Shown here: piece by piece, positions 12,410 to 25,806 of the stretch
How the letters are laid out: each line of letters begins with the position of its first letter
Position numbering within the stretch: the stretch's first letter is position 1
Origin: Podarcis bocagei
Taxonomy: Eukaryota
Length of the DNA stretch: 64,000 nucleotides
Reading direction: 5' to 3' (one strand)
Assembly (NCBI GenBank): GCA_964188305.1
Contig: OZ076889.1
The notes under the pieces: model-generated
Databases searched by the model: none
What the model saw: the letters and a program-made list of their open reading frames with translations, nothing else
What the model was told of the DNA's origin: nothing
Made by a program: the position numbers and the translations under genes

Positions 12410-12837
12410 TGTGTTGTTGTTGTTTAGTTGTTCAGTCATGTCCGACTCTTCGTGACCCCATGAACCAGAGCACGTCAGGCACTTCTGTCTTCCATTTCCT
12501 CCCACAGTTTGGTCAAACTCATGCTGGTAGCTTCGAGAACACTGTCCAACCATCTCTTCCTCGGTCGTCCCCTTCTCCTTGTGCCCTCAATCTTTCCCAA
12601 CATCAGGGTCTTTTCCAGGGAGTCTTCTCTTCTCATGAGGTGGCCAAAGTATTGGAACATCTGCTTCACGATCTGTACTTCCAGTGAGCACTCAGGGCTG
12701 ATTTCCTTAAGAATGGAGAGGTTTGATCTTCTTGCAGTCCATGGGACTCTCAAGAGTCTCCTCCAACACCATAATTCAAAAGCATCAATTCTTCAGCGAT
12801 CAGCCTTCTTTATGGTCCAGCTCTCACTTCCATACAT
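12410..12837 (-). mobile_element. Bov-B LINE, 5'-truncated
   Basis: RVPWTARRSNLSILKEISPECSLE...LEKTLMLGKIEG; (CAA)n tail; TSD ATGAGGCAGC. Confidence 0.93.
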
Positions 12838-15146
12838 GAGGCAGCGTATACCACAGTAACATCTCTGTCTTGCATGTCACTGTTAAAACATACCTACACA
12901 GGGTGCATTATGCAAAGTTTTCCAGAAGATCACCAAAACTTCTTACAGAAAATCCACACAACTACCCACTCCCACCCCATTTGTCTAAATTTATCTTTAT
13001 AGCTCAAGGAATATGTAGAGGTAGAAGCTGCAATAATTGTATTGATTAGCAGACGAACCTGAGAGATCACAGATACTGCGTTTCAAAGCAACCCCCGGCT
13101 ACCAACTCTTTTCATAACTTTGGTTGCTATGGTAGCTACAAAACAACACTTTTTTCTTCTTCCCTCCAATAAAAGGTGCCTTCCTATTTTCCTTCTGCAT
13201 AGAGTTATTGGTATAACTTAAGTATTTGGAAGTAATCTTTTGAAAAGGCTTCTGAAGAAAGATAATAATGGCTGGTGTTTGTGTTTTCTGGCATTACCAA
13301 GTGAATAAGTTTGCTTTGAACTAGAATCCTCTCTAATCATTACTGGTGTTTCCATAACAACACGCAACAAGAATAGGCTGAAGGTGGCTTGCAGTATTAT
13401 AAAATTAGCCGTTAAAAATTACCAACAATGTTCATGGATTAATAATAATACTTTAAAGCGCAGCATTAAAAACAGCTAAAAACGAATTAAAAATTGCAAA
13501 GTCTTAAAAGAGGCATCTCAGGTGTCAAAGGTCAGGGCAAAGAGGTGTTCCTTCGGAGGGTTGTTTAAAAGGCCAGTTGTGCTCTGCTCCCCTTTTCTTC
13601 CCATCTAGAGTTGCCTGCATTTCAGAGTGGGCACATTGCACAAGGTTGGGCCTTGGCAACAGCTGTCTCCCATCCTCCTCACCTGATCTCCACCAGTCAC
13701 TATGAACTGCCTAAGGGAGGAGGCTGCCATAGAGAGGCCATGGGATTCGCTCTTGCAGCCACTACTGATGCCACCACTTGGGACAAGTGCCAGCTCATCC
13801 TCCTCCTCCTCCAGCTTGGCGTTGGTGCTTTTGGGGAAAATGGGGCATTCCGGGATCAAATCAGAAGCCGGGATGGCTTTCGTAATTCCAGGACTGCCCC
13901 TGGAAAATAGGGACACTTGGAGGGTGTCAGGCCAGGACTAGCCACCCGAGAAACAGTTTCTACGCAAATGCAATTCTGGTTCTAAACGTAGCATAAGGGG
14001 TCTCTATGGTATAGTGTATTTTAAAATGGGGTTTCAGAGTTTTTAGGGGTTTTTGAATGTTTTATGTAGTTTTGTAGTAGTTTTATGTAGTTTTTCAATT
14101 TCATTGTTCTGCATGGGACAATGACAATAAAGATATTGTATATTGTATCGTATATCGTATATCGGTATGATAATGTAATTAACAGGTGCCTGGGCAACAT
14201 GTTTTTCAGGCCACTCTGTCATGCAGATAGGCAAACCGAGGGTTGGTAATGGATGTAGTCATCCTCGGATATTATCTGCTATTAGGATAATATTGTGTTT
14301 TCTGTCAATATTCATCCACCTTCAAATCAGCACACAAATCGCTTTGTGTGAATGCTATTAGGAAATAGCAATACTGCACTATAAAAGAAGGCTTGTTACT
14401 GCCTGCTTCGTGTTCCTTATGCTCAAATACAGTGCCTAGAATGAGGAAAGGTAATAATTTACCCTTCCAAGAGCATTAGAAAAAGTGCTGCGGGGAAATG
14501 GATGCAATTATTAGTAATTGCAAGAAGAGAGAGCTTTTGCAGTGCTTCCCCCGCCGCGAAGTTATGCTTTACTAGTTCCAGACTTAACCAGTTACTCCAG
14601 AACCATAAAACAGTCACCAAGGGAAGCTTCCCCCCCACCTCCTCTCATTCATTCTGTTCAAACCACAGCAAATGGCTTTGCAAGCTGCAGTTGTTCATTG
14701 CAGCCTGATAGAGAAGCTTACCTTAAACAGTTTTAGATCATTGTTCATAATCACGGGTAAATTACTTTTGCGTAAAAATCTTTGCAGCTGCACCTGCTTT
14801 CAGAAATAGTGGAGGAGGAGGGGGAGACCCATGGAAATCTGACTGTAAAGCTATGCACTTAAAATTTGCAGCAAAAAAAGGAGTAGCTCAGGCATGTTTC
14901 TAAGATTTTAATGTAACTATTAGCTTCCTTTTTCCACTGAGTTAGATCTTTAAGGAGACAAATGGAGGATCTGAAAAATTTTCATCGCCTACTGATCTCT
15001 GGCTGAATAAAATGTTGGGCACACCATGCATATTATTAGCCTATCTTGCAAAATACACATCGGTGTAAAAATAGGTGGGTCTGCTTCAGTATTGCAGAGA
15101 TGCATGGGAAGAGAGCAAAGCTATTCCTCTTATTTTTCAGGGTAGC

Positions 15147-15368
15147 GATGCTCACCTGACCTCAAGTTGCCTGTGCCACAGCTGCACACCAGGATGGAGG
15201 GGCCAAGGTAATGTCAAGGTTGGTGTGGTGCAAATGCGCTGGCAGGAGTGCTGAATAGGCTCCGCTGTTGTGTTTGTGCCACACTGATCTCGCTGCTACC
15301 TTGTTCTTCCCCCTCTACATCCTGGTGTGTAGCAGCAAGGCAGGTGACCATAGATCAGGTGAGTGCCT
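15147..15368. mobile_element. Old palindromic MITE-like element
   Basis: Nested imperfect inverted repeats (CTCACCTGA/TCAGGTGAG; CACACCAGGATG/CATCCTGGTGTG). Confidence 0.5.
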
Positions 15369-18300
15369 CTGCCATCACCCCACCCACTAGTATATCTTTT
15401 CAAGGGAGGTAGGCTGAATTTCCCCAAGAGTAAATGACAGCCTGTCAACTCTGCCCTATTAAAACCCATCAGAGCCTCCCAGACTTGAGCCTAACCTTAA
15501 CCAGGACAGTTAGTATAATATTCTGCTGTCTCTCTTTCACAGGCTTGTGTTAGCCTTCTGGACAGGCTCTCTGGGTTGAGAACTGGGGGCACCATACTTT
15601 GGTAGTTGTATCCTGACTTGGAGGGCCAATTCCAGGTGGTGGTTCTGGGTTAGTCTGCCTCTACCCCGTAACATGTATGATACAGGAGCCTATTTTATCC
15701 CTTTTATATTAACATCTACTGAAAGCCACTGAGAGAGGGCACCCAATGATTTGAGGTTGTGTGCCATAAATACCCAGTTTTAGCTGCTTTTTCCAGTCAT
15801 GTGAGGCAGTAGAAAATGTGGAACTGTCCTCTCCTTTCAACCCCCCTTGCACTGTTCAGCTGACTGGGGAACAACTGGAAGTGGTGAACTGTTAGATTGG
15901 AAAACAAACAAAAGTTAATCTTTATCAGGAGTCCTCCACCCTTCTGCCTGCAGCTTGGCTGGTCACTGGAGCTGTGCCATGGTCGGCTCTGTGCTCCATG
16001 CTTTTTTCAACATTGGGGGGCCTGGCCCCTAACCCCAAAATATAGGGGGCCACCCAAAAGGGCTCAGCCCCCAGGAGCTGGTACCCCAGTCCTGGACCAT
16101 GTAAGATTAGGCAGTGGGGGGAAAACAACCTAAGGGGCACAGGCTGAACACTTCTGAACAAGAAATTGTTTCTTGGAGACTATGTATACTGAGTGGAGAA
16201 TGTGCATATTGACTGGAGAATGAAGTGGTAGTGATATGCACATTTCCCAAGGCCTGTTGGATATTATGTATATTGACCACAATTCCCTATTCATGGAAGG
16301 ACTATGTGCCCATCCCCATAAGGCCTGGCTGGTTGTTGTGCACCTTAACCACTGAAATTACATTCCCTTTAACATATACATACGATACTTGTTTAAGAAA
16401 ACAAGGTTGCTGAAGGTTGTTGCTTCTGGACTTCAGAACTGCAAAAGGCACCATGGATACAGTGCAATCAACAATGAAATCCTTATATAACAATACATAG
16501 AAAACAAGACCCCAAACTCTCCTTCTCTCTCTCTCTCTCTCTTTCTCTTTGTGTGTGTGTGTGTATAAAAGAATAATGTAAGCATAACGTATAAGAGAAG
16601 TCTTTTCCACATCCAGGTTCCTTCGGAAGAGTATTAACAACAGGTTCCTTCAGGGAATGCTTCCATTTTCTTCAAATGCATAACTGACCAGTAGAAGATC
16701 CATAGTCAAGACAGCTGCTTTCTTCTTGATAGGTTGCAAATAGGATATTTCACTCAATTATATTCGCCCACTCTTCTGAGGGTCAAACTAGCATCACCTT
16801 CCTACATTTGATATCAGGTGACACCATGTTGAATAGAAAGATGGGCTGTCAATTAGACAAGGGTTTTTGTGGAGCAATGCACCAGATCACATCACTACCT
16901 TCCTCCCTGCTTTTCCACAAGGGACTGCAAATATTCACCCCCCACACATCAAAGAAGCTGAGGAAGCATTCTCTTGAAACCCCATAGATCATGGCTTCTT
17001 CCATTTCCTGAAACACACAGACACACTGATATAATGATTTCATGAAATATTTGACAGTGTTCAATTGTGGACAAATAGGTCATCATTCTAGTCCTAGATC
17101 CAGCAGTGCCTTATGGGTAAAAATGGGGAAGGACTATTGCAAGCAAAATTTGAAGCCTTGTTGTTCACATATAATCTTCCTTTATATCCTGGCTATTAAA
17201 CAGAGAGAGAGAGAAATGTGTCCTTGGGTGATAAAATGGCTCACTTCACACACACACACCCCAGTTGCAAGCCTTTGAGCATCTTTTAGTCACTTACTTC
17301 TAATTGCCTTCACAACCTTGGCATTTCCAATCAAGAGGTGCACAAAGCAAAGTTAACATATAAATAATTACCAATCAGCATTTGGCTTTGATGGGGGTAC
17401 CTTTGGGTTAATGGAAAACAAATAACTATTTCTTCCTAGATATTCAAATCAAATTTCAATCAAAAACTCTCCCCCTACCCAGCTGCCACCCTCCATCCCG
17501 CCAAAAACAAAACAACAGCAGGTCAATATTATTGACAGAAGGTGCCTTTATTTTTACTCTCACCTTAGAAATGGATGTTAACAGGTGCACTTTCGGGAGT
17601 TTAAATGTTGAGGAACTTATTTCTGCTGCTCCTTCTCCAAAGATGATGGCATAAATATGGCTTTGCAAATGTGGTTAACCAGCACTTGTGCTTTAAGTAG
17701 AAGAAATCCTTTGGAATATAGTAAAGATAGTTCAGAGCAGACATTCACTGTGGAAAGCAAGGTTTCCTCCAAATCTGTGTTTTGGACTCAAACAAGTGTT
17801 TTGCCATTATGTTTTGGCCCATCCCTACTCTGACATGTTCAAATCTCATGCAAATCTGCCTTTCATGTACCATCATCTGAAATTGTCCTTAGGGACATAC
17901 AGTTTCGACCCTGTGTTTCTGTTTGTTGAATGTCTCATATACATGCTAACTCCCCCCTCTTCCTTATTAGGCTTCTTGTGATTTAATTAATGATAGGGTG
18001 TTTTTATCATGGCCTGCTTTTCCAATTAAAGTATTTTATGACTTCATTAATCTATTAAAGAATTTCCCAGGAGGTAATTAATTAGATCTTTTCCCCTCGC
18101 TGGTATGACAACAAATTGAGTGGACACAATGGAGTGTATATTTAAATAATGTAACTGCACACATCATCTTAGAAAATAGTTATCTCCTTTTAATTGCTCT
18201 CTTGTAAAGAGGTTGGTTGGTTGCATCTAGTAACACAGACAGCCCAATAGGCTGAAAATTATTTTATAAAAGAGGGATACAAAATGAAATAATAATATGA

Positions 18301-18558
18301 ACAAAAGTTATTATTAACAGCATAATTATTCTATAACATTTTAAAATCTGTAGCATTGCAGAATGTGGAATCAGGTTTTAATTTTTTACTGAGCAAATAA
18401 AATAGTAAAAAAGCTTTCGGGGAGCTGTACTAACTTTTGGAGAGCAGGGAGAGAAATAGCCATCTATAGCACAAAGATGCATCATTCTGCTTAAAGGAAC
18501 CAAATTTTGATGCCTGTAATACAAGCATTAAGCATTTTTGCAGTCATTATATGCCTCA

Positions 18559-19292
18559 TTCTTGGGCTCCATGATCACTGCAGACGGTGACAGCAGTCAC
18601 AAAATGAAAAGACGCCTGCTTCTTGGGAGAAAAGCTATGACAAACCTAGACAGCATCTTAAAAAGCAGATACATCATCTTGCCGACAAAGGTCCGTATAG
18701 TTAAAGCTACGGTTTTCCCAGTAGTGATGTATGGAATTGAGAGTTGGAAGTGAGAGGATAAAATGGGTGTGTTGGAGGCAGAATTAACAGTGCCATTGAA
18801 CAGAAGCAGTGACATCACCTTGCCAACAAGGGTCCGTATAGTTAAAGCTATGGTTTTCCCAGTAGTGATGTATGGAAGTGAGAGTTGGACCATAAAGAAG
18901 GCTGATCGCCAAAGAATTGATGCTTTTGAATTATGGTGCTGGAGGAGACTCTTGAGAGTCCCATGGACTGCAAGAAGGCCAAACCTATCCATTCTGAAGG
19001 AAATCAGCCCTGAGTGCTCACTGGAAGGACAGATTGTGAAGCTGAGGCTCCAATACTTTGGCCACCTCATGAGAAGAAAAGACTCTCTGCAAAAGACCCT
19101 GATGTTGGGAAAGATTGAGGGCACAAGGAGAAGGGGATGACAGAGGACAAGGTGGTTGAACAGTGTTCTCAAAGCTACTAACATGAGTTTGACCAAACTG
19201 CGGGAGGCAGTGGAAGACAGGAGTGCCTGGCGTGCTCTGCTCCATGGGGTCATGAAGAGTCGGACACGACTAAACGACTAAACAACTAAACA
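18559..19292 (+). mobile_element. Bov-B LINE 3' portion with internal duplication and a short foreign insert
   Basis: FLGSMITADGD...; WCWRRLLRVPWTARR...; about 85 bp repeated (18663-18748 vs 18804-18889); CTAAACAAC tail. Confidence 0.9.
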
Positions 19293-19302
19293 ACCACAAA
19301 AA

Positions 19303-19754
19303 TGTCTTTACAGCTGGGAGATGCTAGAAGCAAGGGGTTAGAGCATTCAAGAGGGGTCAGGAGGAGGAGGGTCTTAGAGGCTGAGAGTCACACTGTGAGC
19401 ACAGATTCAGATGGAGGAGGGGTCGGAGGTTGGCCCTGCTACACAGTAGCAGGACAGTCCCAGTCCTGCTGGCTCGCCCCCCACACCATTCAAGGGGAGT
19501 CCTGCACATCACTGAGAAATGGACCAGACAGGTCCAGAAGAGGAGCTTTCCCCCTCAATCCAGCCTCGGGAGGGATCCAAAGTGAGAGGTTAGAGGAGGA
19601 AGGGCGGAGCTAGTGTTTGTTTTCAGCAATGTCTCAGCTGGATTAAGACGAACTAGAGGTCTCTGTTGTGTTGTGATTTTCTGTTAATAAAGAGCTAATT
19701 GCATTCTGTGTGCCTGCCCTGTGGTTGACCTGGCTCGTTGACAGCTTCTTGACA
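19303..19754 (+). mobile_element. Degraded solo-LTR-like element (LTR-C)
   Basis: Ends in TTGACA; AATAAA 19686-19691; purine-rich U3-like part resembling LTR-A/B; no clear TSD, so the 5' boundary is uncertain. Confidence 0.55.
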
Positions 19755-19861
19755 GCCATGTCCTCTGGAAACAAAATGGCTCCTCTCTCATATACTTCTC
19801 AGTATGGTATCAAGAAAAGCCTTTCTTTTGTTGAAGCCTTAACCAAAGTTTGGATTCTTGC

Positions 19862-20257
19862 TGGGACTGGCTGAAATGACTGGCAGAATCCGAGACCAGG
19901 GGAAGGAGACGGCGGAAGAAGATTGGAAGAAATTTAAAATTTATCTTAAGAAATATTGCAAAATTAATGAGTGCTAAAATGTTGTGGTTATAGCAAGTAT
20001 GGGATTATAGCTGTAAAAGTTTAAGTAAAAGTAAAGAAAAGGAAAAAAATTAGATAAAATTAAGGGGGAGGATTTGCTGAAATAAATTTGGGAATTGGAA
20101 TGCAGAAAAGGGAGGTATGGGGAAGTCGGTGAAGTAAGTTTCAAGAAAAAAAGGATTTGAAATTATACATGTTTGTTTTTGTGTGTGTGTGTTTGTATTG
20201 TGTATTGTGTGTGGTTTTATAATTTGCGAAAATTCAATAAATATTATTTTTTAAAAA
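19862..20257 (+). mobile_element. L1 3' fragment (ORF2 C-terminus, 3' UTR, short poly-A)
   Basis: GLAEMTGRIRDQGKETAEEDWKKFKIYLKKYCKINEC*; AATAAA; 21-bp TSD AACCAAAGTTTGGATTCTTGC (19841-19861, 20258-20278). Confidence 0.9.
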
Positions 20258-20899
20258 AACCAAAGTTTGGATTCTTGCAAGCTTCTGGATTACAGAGAAA
20301 GTGGTTTCTGCTGAGAACTGAATGCTTACTAACTGGAATGAGATCATCTATTGAGAGCACCTGTGTTATCTAGCTACGGATGGTAGCTCAAGGTCAGTAT
20401 GGAGGCCTGTCTAATTAAAAGAAATCATGCATCTGTGAGATCACAACTACCAGAAAGTTCCAGCCAGCTGAGCTTTTGATTGACTGAAAAATTCTGGTTC
20501 AGCTGCAAAGCCTTTTTTAAAAGAATAAAGTTTGGGTAATTCCTTTGTTTGGTGTTTCACACCTTTCCCGATGTCAGGAAAACCTAAGTGTTGTATCCAT
20601 TATCAGCATTAGTAGACCCAATGTTGTTTTTGTTCTTCAGGGAGTACTCAGGGGTACATAGTACCAGCAACCCCCTCTTTTTTTGGTTAAAAAGTGTGAC
20701 ACTTACTGTAACAACTTCATAGTGAATACTGGCACCTATTTTTCTAGGCTGGGGAGGGAACCCTGAAATGGATGGATTGAGGGAGTCGTGTCCATTAATT
20801 TCAATGGGTCTATTCAGAGTATGACCAATGTTTGGGACCATTTTCAATCACAGCTCTGGCATTCGTCACAGTTAGTGGGGAAAAGATCCAGGAAATTCA

Positions 20900-22140
20900 T
20901 GGTCCTTATCTAAAGACAACTATGCAAATCTGGAAAAGTTGGCAGTTGTGACTGGCTCCGGGCTGCTCACCGCTCATCCCAAAATAATTTCATGAGAAAA
21001 TACAGGCTACTGCTCTAAAAGCTAAAATGAGATCAGGAGAAAGGTGGGATATTATGCCTTACGGGTTTTTATAAAATGATAAACCTGTGTCATTAGAGAA
21101 GTTGTCTATAGACATGGGAAATACATCCCTGAGTTGGGTCCCAAAAATGCAACATTGATCCCTCATTTAGTTATTAAAACACAGACAACCAAACCACTAA
21201 CAAAAGCAGAATAACACATACTGAGCAGGGGAAGTATTAGAAAGGGTATATGACATTGTTGGAGACTCAGTCAGTCTCTCTCACAGTCAGTTTCGGAACA
21301 CGATCTTGAAAACAATATAGAGGATCCCACATCAAGTAATTTATGGTTAAACAAACCATTTCAATCAATATCAGCTAATGCCAGATATATATCTCTTAAA
21401 ATTTTACATCAGTGGTATTGTATTGCTGAACAAACTGGCACATATTTTGTATACTGTAGATTCCAAGTGCTGAAGAAGCTGTCATGGTAAATGGACATAC
21501 CTAAATATGTCTCCTGCTCACCTAGCAGTTCGAAAGCACGTCAAAAATGCAAGTAGATAAATAGGTACCGCTCTGGCGGGAAGGTAAACTGTGTTTCCAT
21601 GCACTGCTCTGGTTCACCAGAAGCGGCTTAGTCCTGCTGGCCACATGACCTGGAAGCTGTCTGTGGACAAACGCCAGCTCCCTTGGCCTATAGAGTGAGA
21701 TGAGCGCTGCAACCCCAGAGTCATCCGCGACTGGACTTAATGGTCAGGGGTAGCTTTACCTTTAAATATGTGGTGGACATTACCATATGTTTGTTAGTTT
21801 GTTAACAGACCTTCATTCATGCTGAAATGATAAAAATTTACAAAGCACAGATAGATTTCCCTCCAGAGTTGTTTATTTTATCAATATTTACAGGATCTAA
21901 TAAGAATATAAGTTCTAAGTATTTGATAACAGACTTATTGGTGGCAGCTAGAGAAGCAATAGTACGACAACCTGGATAATGCGCCTTTGAAGACTAGGTA
22001 TGGAAACATATGGTATCAGGGAAAGAAAATCACATTCTCCACACATTTGATGCAAGGAAAAGCACAACCACAGGATTTTAGACATTATTCAACATACAAT
22101 GGACACTGGAGAATAGGAGACATTACCAGAAATGGCAAGA
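20900..22140 (+). pseudogene. Ancient degenerate L1 ORF2 C-terminal fragment
   Basis: Remnants ISLKILHQWY, TYLNMWWT (split by the SINE), DLLVAAR; boundaries approximate. Confidence 0.6.
21511..21762 (+). mobile_element. Sauria SINE, 5'-truncated
   Basis: GCAAGTAGATAAATAGGTACC core, TTTACCTTT tail; TSD TAAATATGT. Confidence 0.9.
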
Positions 22141-22176
22141 AGGGTGTAGCTGGGGAGGTATCTTCTTCCTTTAAGT

Positions 22177-22311
22177 GGGCATGGCCAAACTTGGCCCTCC
22201 AGATGTTTTGGGACTACAGTTCCCATCATCCCTGAACACTGATCCTGTTAGCTAGGGATGATGGGAGTTGTAGTCCCAAAACAGCTGGAGGGCCAAGTTT
22301 GGACATACCTG
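22177..22311. mobile_element. Palindromic hAT MITE
   Basis: Long inverted arms (TGTTTTGGGACTACA/TGTAGTCCCAAAACA); 8-bp TSD CTTTAAGT. Confidence 0.8.
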
Positions 22312-22360
22312 CTTTAAGTCAAAGGATTACATTCAACTAAGTACAGTCTTCAGCCTAGGC

Positions 22361-22684
22361 CAGGGGTCAGCAAACTTTTTCAGCAGGGGGCCGGTCCACT
22401 TTCCCTCAGACCTTGTGGGGGGGCCGGACTATATTTTGGGGAAAAAAATATGAACTAATTCCTATGCCCCACAATTAACCCAGAGATGCATTTTAAATAA
22501 AAGCACACATTCTACTCATGTAAAAACACCAGGCAGGCCCCACAAATAACCCAGAGATGCATTTTAAATAAAAGGACACATTCTACTCATGTAAAAACAC
22601 ACTGATTCCCGGACTGTCCGTGGGCCAGATTTAGAAGGTGAGTGGGCTGGATCCGGCCCCTGGGCCTTAGTTTGCCTACCCATG
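22361..22684. mobile_element. Non-autonomous hAT element
   Basis: CAGGGGTCAGCAAAC / GTTTGCCTACCCATG TIRs; 8-bp TSD GCCTAGGC; internal ~53-bp direct repeat. Confidence 0.85.
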
Positions 22685-25026
22685 GCCTAGGCTGTAACCT
22701 GGCCAAGATGTGGAATGCACACATCAGGTGTGTTATTTGTGAAGCAGATGTTGAGCAAAGAATTCAGCACCCTCTAACACAAGAGGCATTTTGCACATGT
22801 GCAAGGAATTACACGCCCATTGTAATCTTGCCAAGAGCCAAGGATAACTTTACCTAAACATTTGGTACAAAATCCAGATAATCTATTATTTGTATTTAGA
22901 CTAAGAATATATAAGGGGAAGAGTACACTAGAGGAAGTGGAGCCAAGTCTCGATTCAAGTTGCTTCTAAAAGAGGGTACACATTTCTCCCTCCCCCCCCC
23001 CATGTAAAATTGGAGGCTCAATTTAGTTTTGCTCTTTTGAGCAAAAAAGTTCCATTAATTATTGCTCGTTTATCTGCCTTACTAAACGCTGTAACTCTAA
23101 TCTACTCAAGACATTTATCTAGCTTTAAATGCCCAAGCCATCATGTTCACTGCATGCAGGTCATTAAAATGTCATGGAAATGGAGCATTACTGCTGGAAA
23201 AGTAGTATTCAGAGACCAAAAGTAATGACATTTGAATGACAGTAAACCATTTATTACCAAAGCAAAAGACACTAACAACAGGGGGGAAAGACTGACTGCA
23301 ATATATAATTTACAGCTTAATGTATGATATTACAGCCTTATTTGTAAAACAGAAGTTTTCTGAAAATGATCTGTGGTCACTTGGAATTCACGATGGGTCA
23401 TGGAAGTGGCATCATAAATTGACCTCATTGGTTATGATGAGAAGGGTGAATATGCACAAGACCTACTGGAATCAATAAGAAGGTTAGCTGTGACTACAGA
23501 TGGGAGCAAGATTCGGTTTGCTTCACATTTTAATGCAGAACTATGCAATCTGCATTTTCTGAAACAGTATCAAAACACGGCTATCCTTTGAAAGCCACAC
23601 TTTTCTGAATTTTGTAATGCAGCTCTGCAGACGGTTAATTCTATTTATCCTTCTCCCCTAATTTTCCACTACATCCAGAGTCATTCTACACATTAGTGAC
23701 AATGAGGAAGTGGAAATCTTGACTGTGCAAGTTCAGAATGCAACAGGGTCAGATTTTTTTTTTAATGCTTCCGCACTCTCCCGTCAAAATTGCAAATCAG
23801 TCCGTAGGGTCACCCCCAACCTCCTTCTTTGATGGTTTACTTACATACAGGAAAACAGGACAGGTGGGCTTTTGTGTGGTGAATGCATTCAAAAACATAT
23901 GATCTCTGAACCTGGAGTTTAATTATTTTCCAGAACTCCACTAATGTGTAAGTTTGGTTTTGCTGAGTGCCATGGTCCCGACAGACCCTTCTCTCTCTAC
24001 CCCTTCATCACTGCAGTACTTGATCTTGTTGACCTGCAAGGAAAAGCCCTGAAACAGACCAGGTTTTCTCTGCAGGAGTGCAGGAATTAATGTCAGAATG
24101 AGTGGGAATGAAAAGAGAGAGGGAAAGACAGGGTGCAGATTAAAGTACAGAGACAGTGATTCAATTTAGACTGAGCTATGAATAATTAGTCTCAGGAGCA
24201 AGCTAAGCAATAAAGATGTGGGTGTTCACCAGAATAAGAATAGATGAATTAGTCAGAAAAGTAATAACTCAGATAGTTTTTAAAATATGATAACAGTCAG
24301 GGAGTCTTCCATGGATGAAGAAATAGCAATTTTAGAGAGCAGCACGGAAAATTCACATTTAATTGCATTGTACAGACTGGTAGCAGTGGAGACAGTTCCA
24401 ACAGTATTCGTAAAGGGAATATACTATTCTTTGCTAAAAGTGCTAACCCCAAAAAAGTGAGGAGAAAGCTTTATGTATTAACTAATGGTGCGGGGGGATT
24501 TATTTATCTCATTTACTTTATTGTAACAATTTAGCTCCCATCCTCTTTTTTAAAAATTCAAGTTAACCCCATACCAGCTAGCATTATTAACAATAAAATA
24601 TTAAACACACAATACAAAATACAAGAGCAGAAGTAGAAAAAGAAGAGGATATTTTCACTAATGCATTTTTATGCACTCTACCCCAGTACATGCACTCTTG
24701 TGCACATTACTTGGTTGGAGCACTGCATTGTCAATGGGGAGACCTGTGAATTTAGAAAGCAGGCTGTGTTTTGGTTCAGTCATTGTTTCAGTTAGTACAC
24801 ATTTGATACAGGATGAATCAAATTCCTGCCCCAGCCCTATGCAGCTTGCATCATGTGGGGAAAATGACAAGGAGGCATGGAAGATATGTCACATGGGAAT
24901 GCACGGAAGAGCTATTGCAGTTGATACCAAGCCACATCTGATTCATTCAGCAGAAGCCTTGAGGATGAGAGAAGGGAAGGATAAGAGGCCCGTTATTGTT
25001 GACACATAGCTCCACCAGCCTGGGAT

Positions 25027-25806
25027 AAAGGCTGTCTTTAGCATATGTGCCGCCAGGGTGCAAAGATCCACCCAGCGCCCCCAAATTTAGTTTAGCCCCC
25101 AAACAATAAGGTAAAGGGACCATTAGGTCCAGTCGTGGCCGACTCTGGGGTTGCGGCGCTCATCTCGCTTTATTGGCACAGGGAGCCGGCGTACAGCTTC
25201 CGGGTCATGTGGCCAGCATGACTAAGCCGCTTCTGGCGAACCACAGCAGCGCACGGAAACGCCGTTTACCTTCCCACCAGAGTGGTACCTATTTATCTAC
25301 TTGCACTTTGACGTGCTTTTGAACTGCTAGGTTGGCAGGGGCTGGGACCGAGCAATGGGAGCTCACCCCATTGCTGGAATTTGAACTGCCGACCTTCCAA
25401 TCGGCAAGCCCTAGGCTCAGTGGTTTAACCCACACCACCACCCGTGTCCCTCTCCAAACAATATGTAACATAATATTTTGATGTAAGAGTTAATTTTGTG
25501 TGCATGGCCCCACTGAGAATGACAAGTGCCGCCATTGTGAATGACAAGTGCCACTGCTGGTGCAGCGCATCTTTGGTAAATGAGCATACAAAGTTGAAAG
25601 TCCTTTAGTGAAACAGTAGGTATACATTTCTGTAATACCTAGGTTTATATGTATATTTTTTTTTAGCTTGATCAAAATTATTTATTATTTCTAACAGGTA
25701 GATAGTTTAGAGCTTAGGCGGCTTCAGCGGTGGGCACCTGGAACGCCCCAGAATTCGGCGCCCGGGAGCCCCGCATCCCTTGCACCCCCGGGTAAAGACA
25801 GCCCTG
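25027..25806. mobile_element. Non-autonomous hAT element with nested Sauria SINE
   Basis: GGCTGTCTTTA / TAAAGACAGCCCTG TIRs; degenerate 8-bp TSD CCTGGGAT/CTTGGGAC. Confidence 0.65.
25109..25451 (-). mobile_element. Sauria SINE, full length
   Basis: Complete body from GGGACACGGGTGG head to TTTACCT tail; TSD CCAAACAATA. Confidence 0.92.

Noticed and set aside
16580-16990. Possible very old LINE remnants (also about 4320-4700 and 24150-24450)
   Set aside because: Too degraded to assign by eye; no diagnostic motif recovered.
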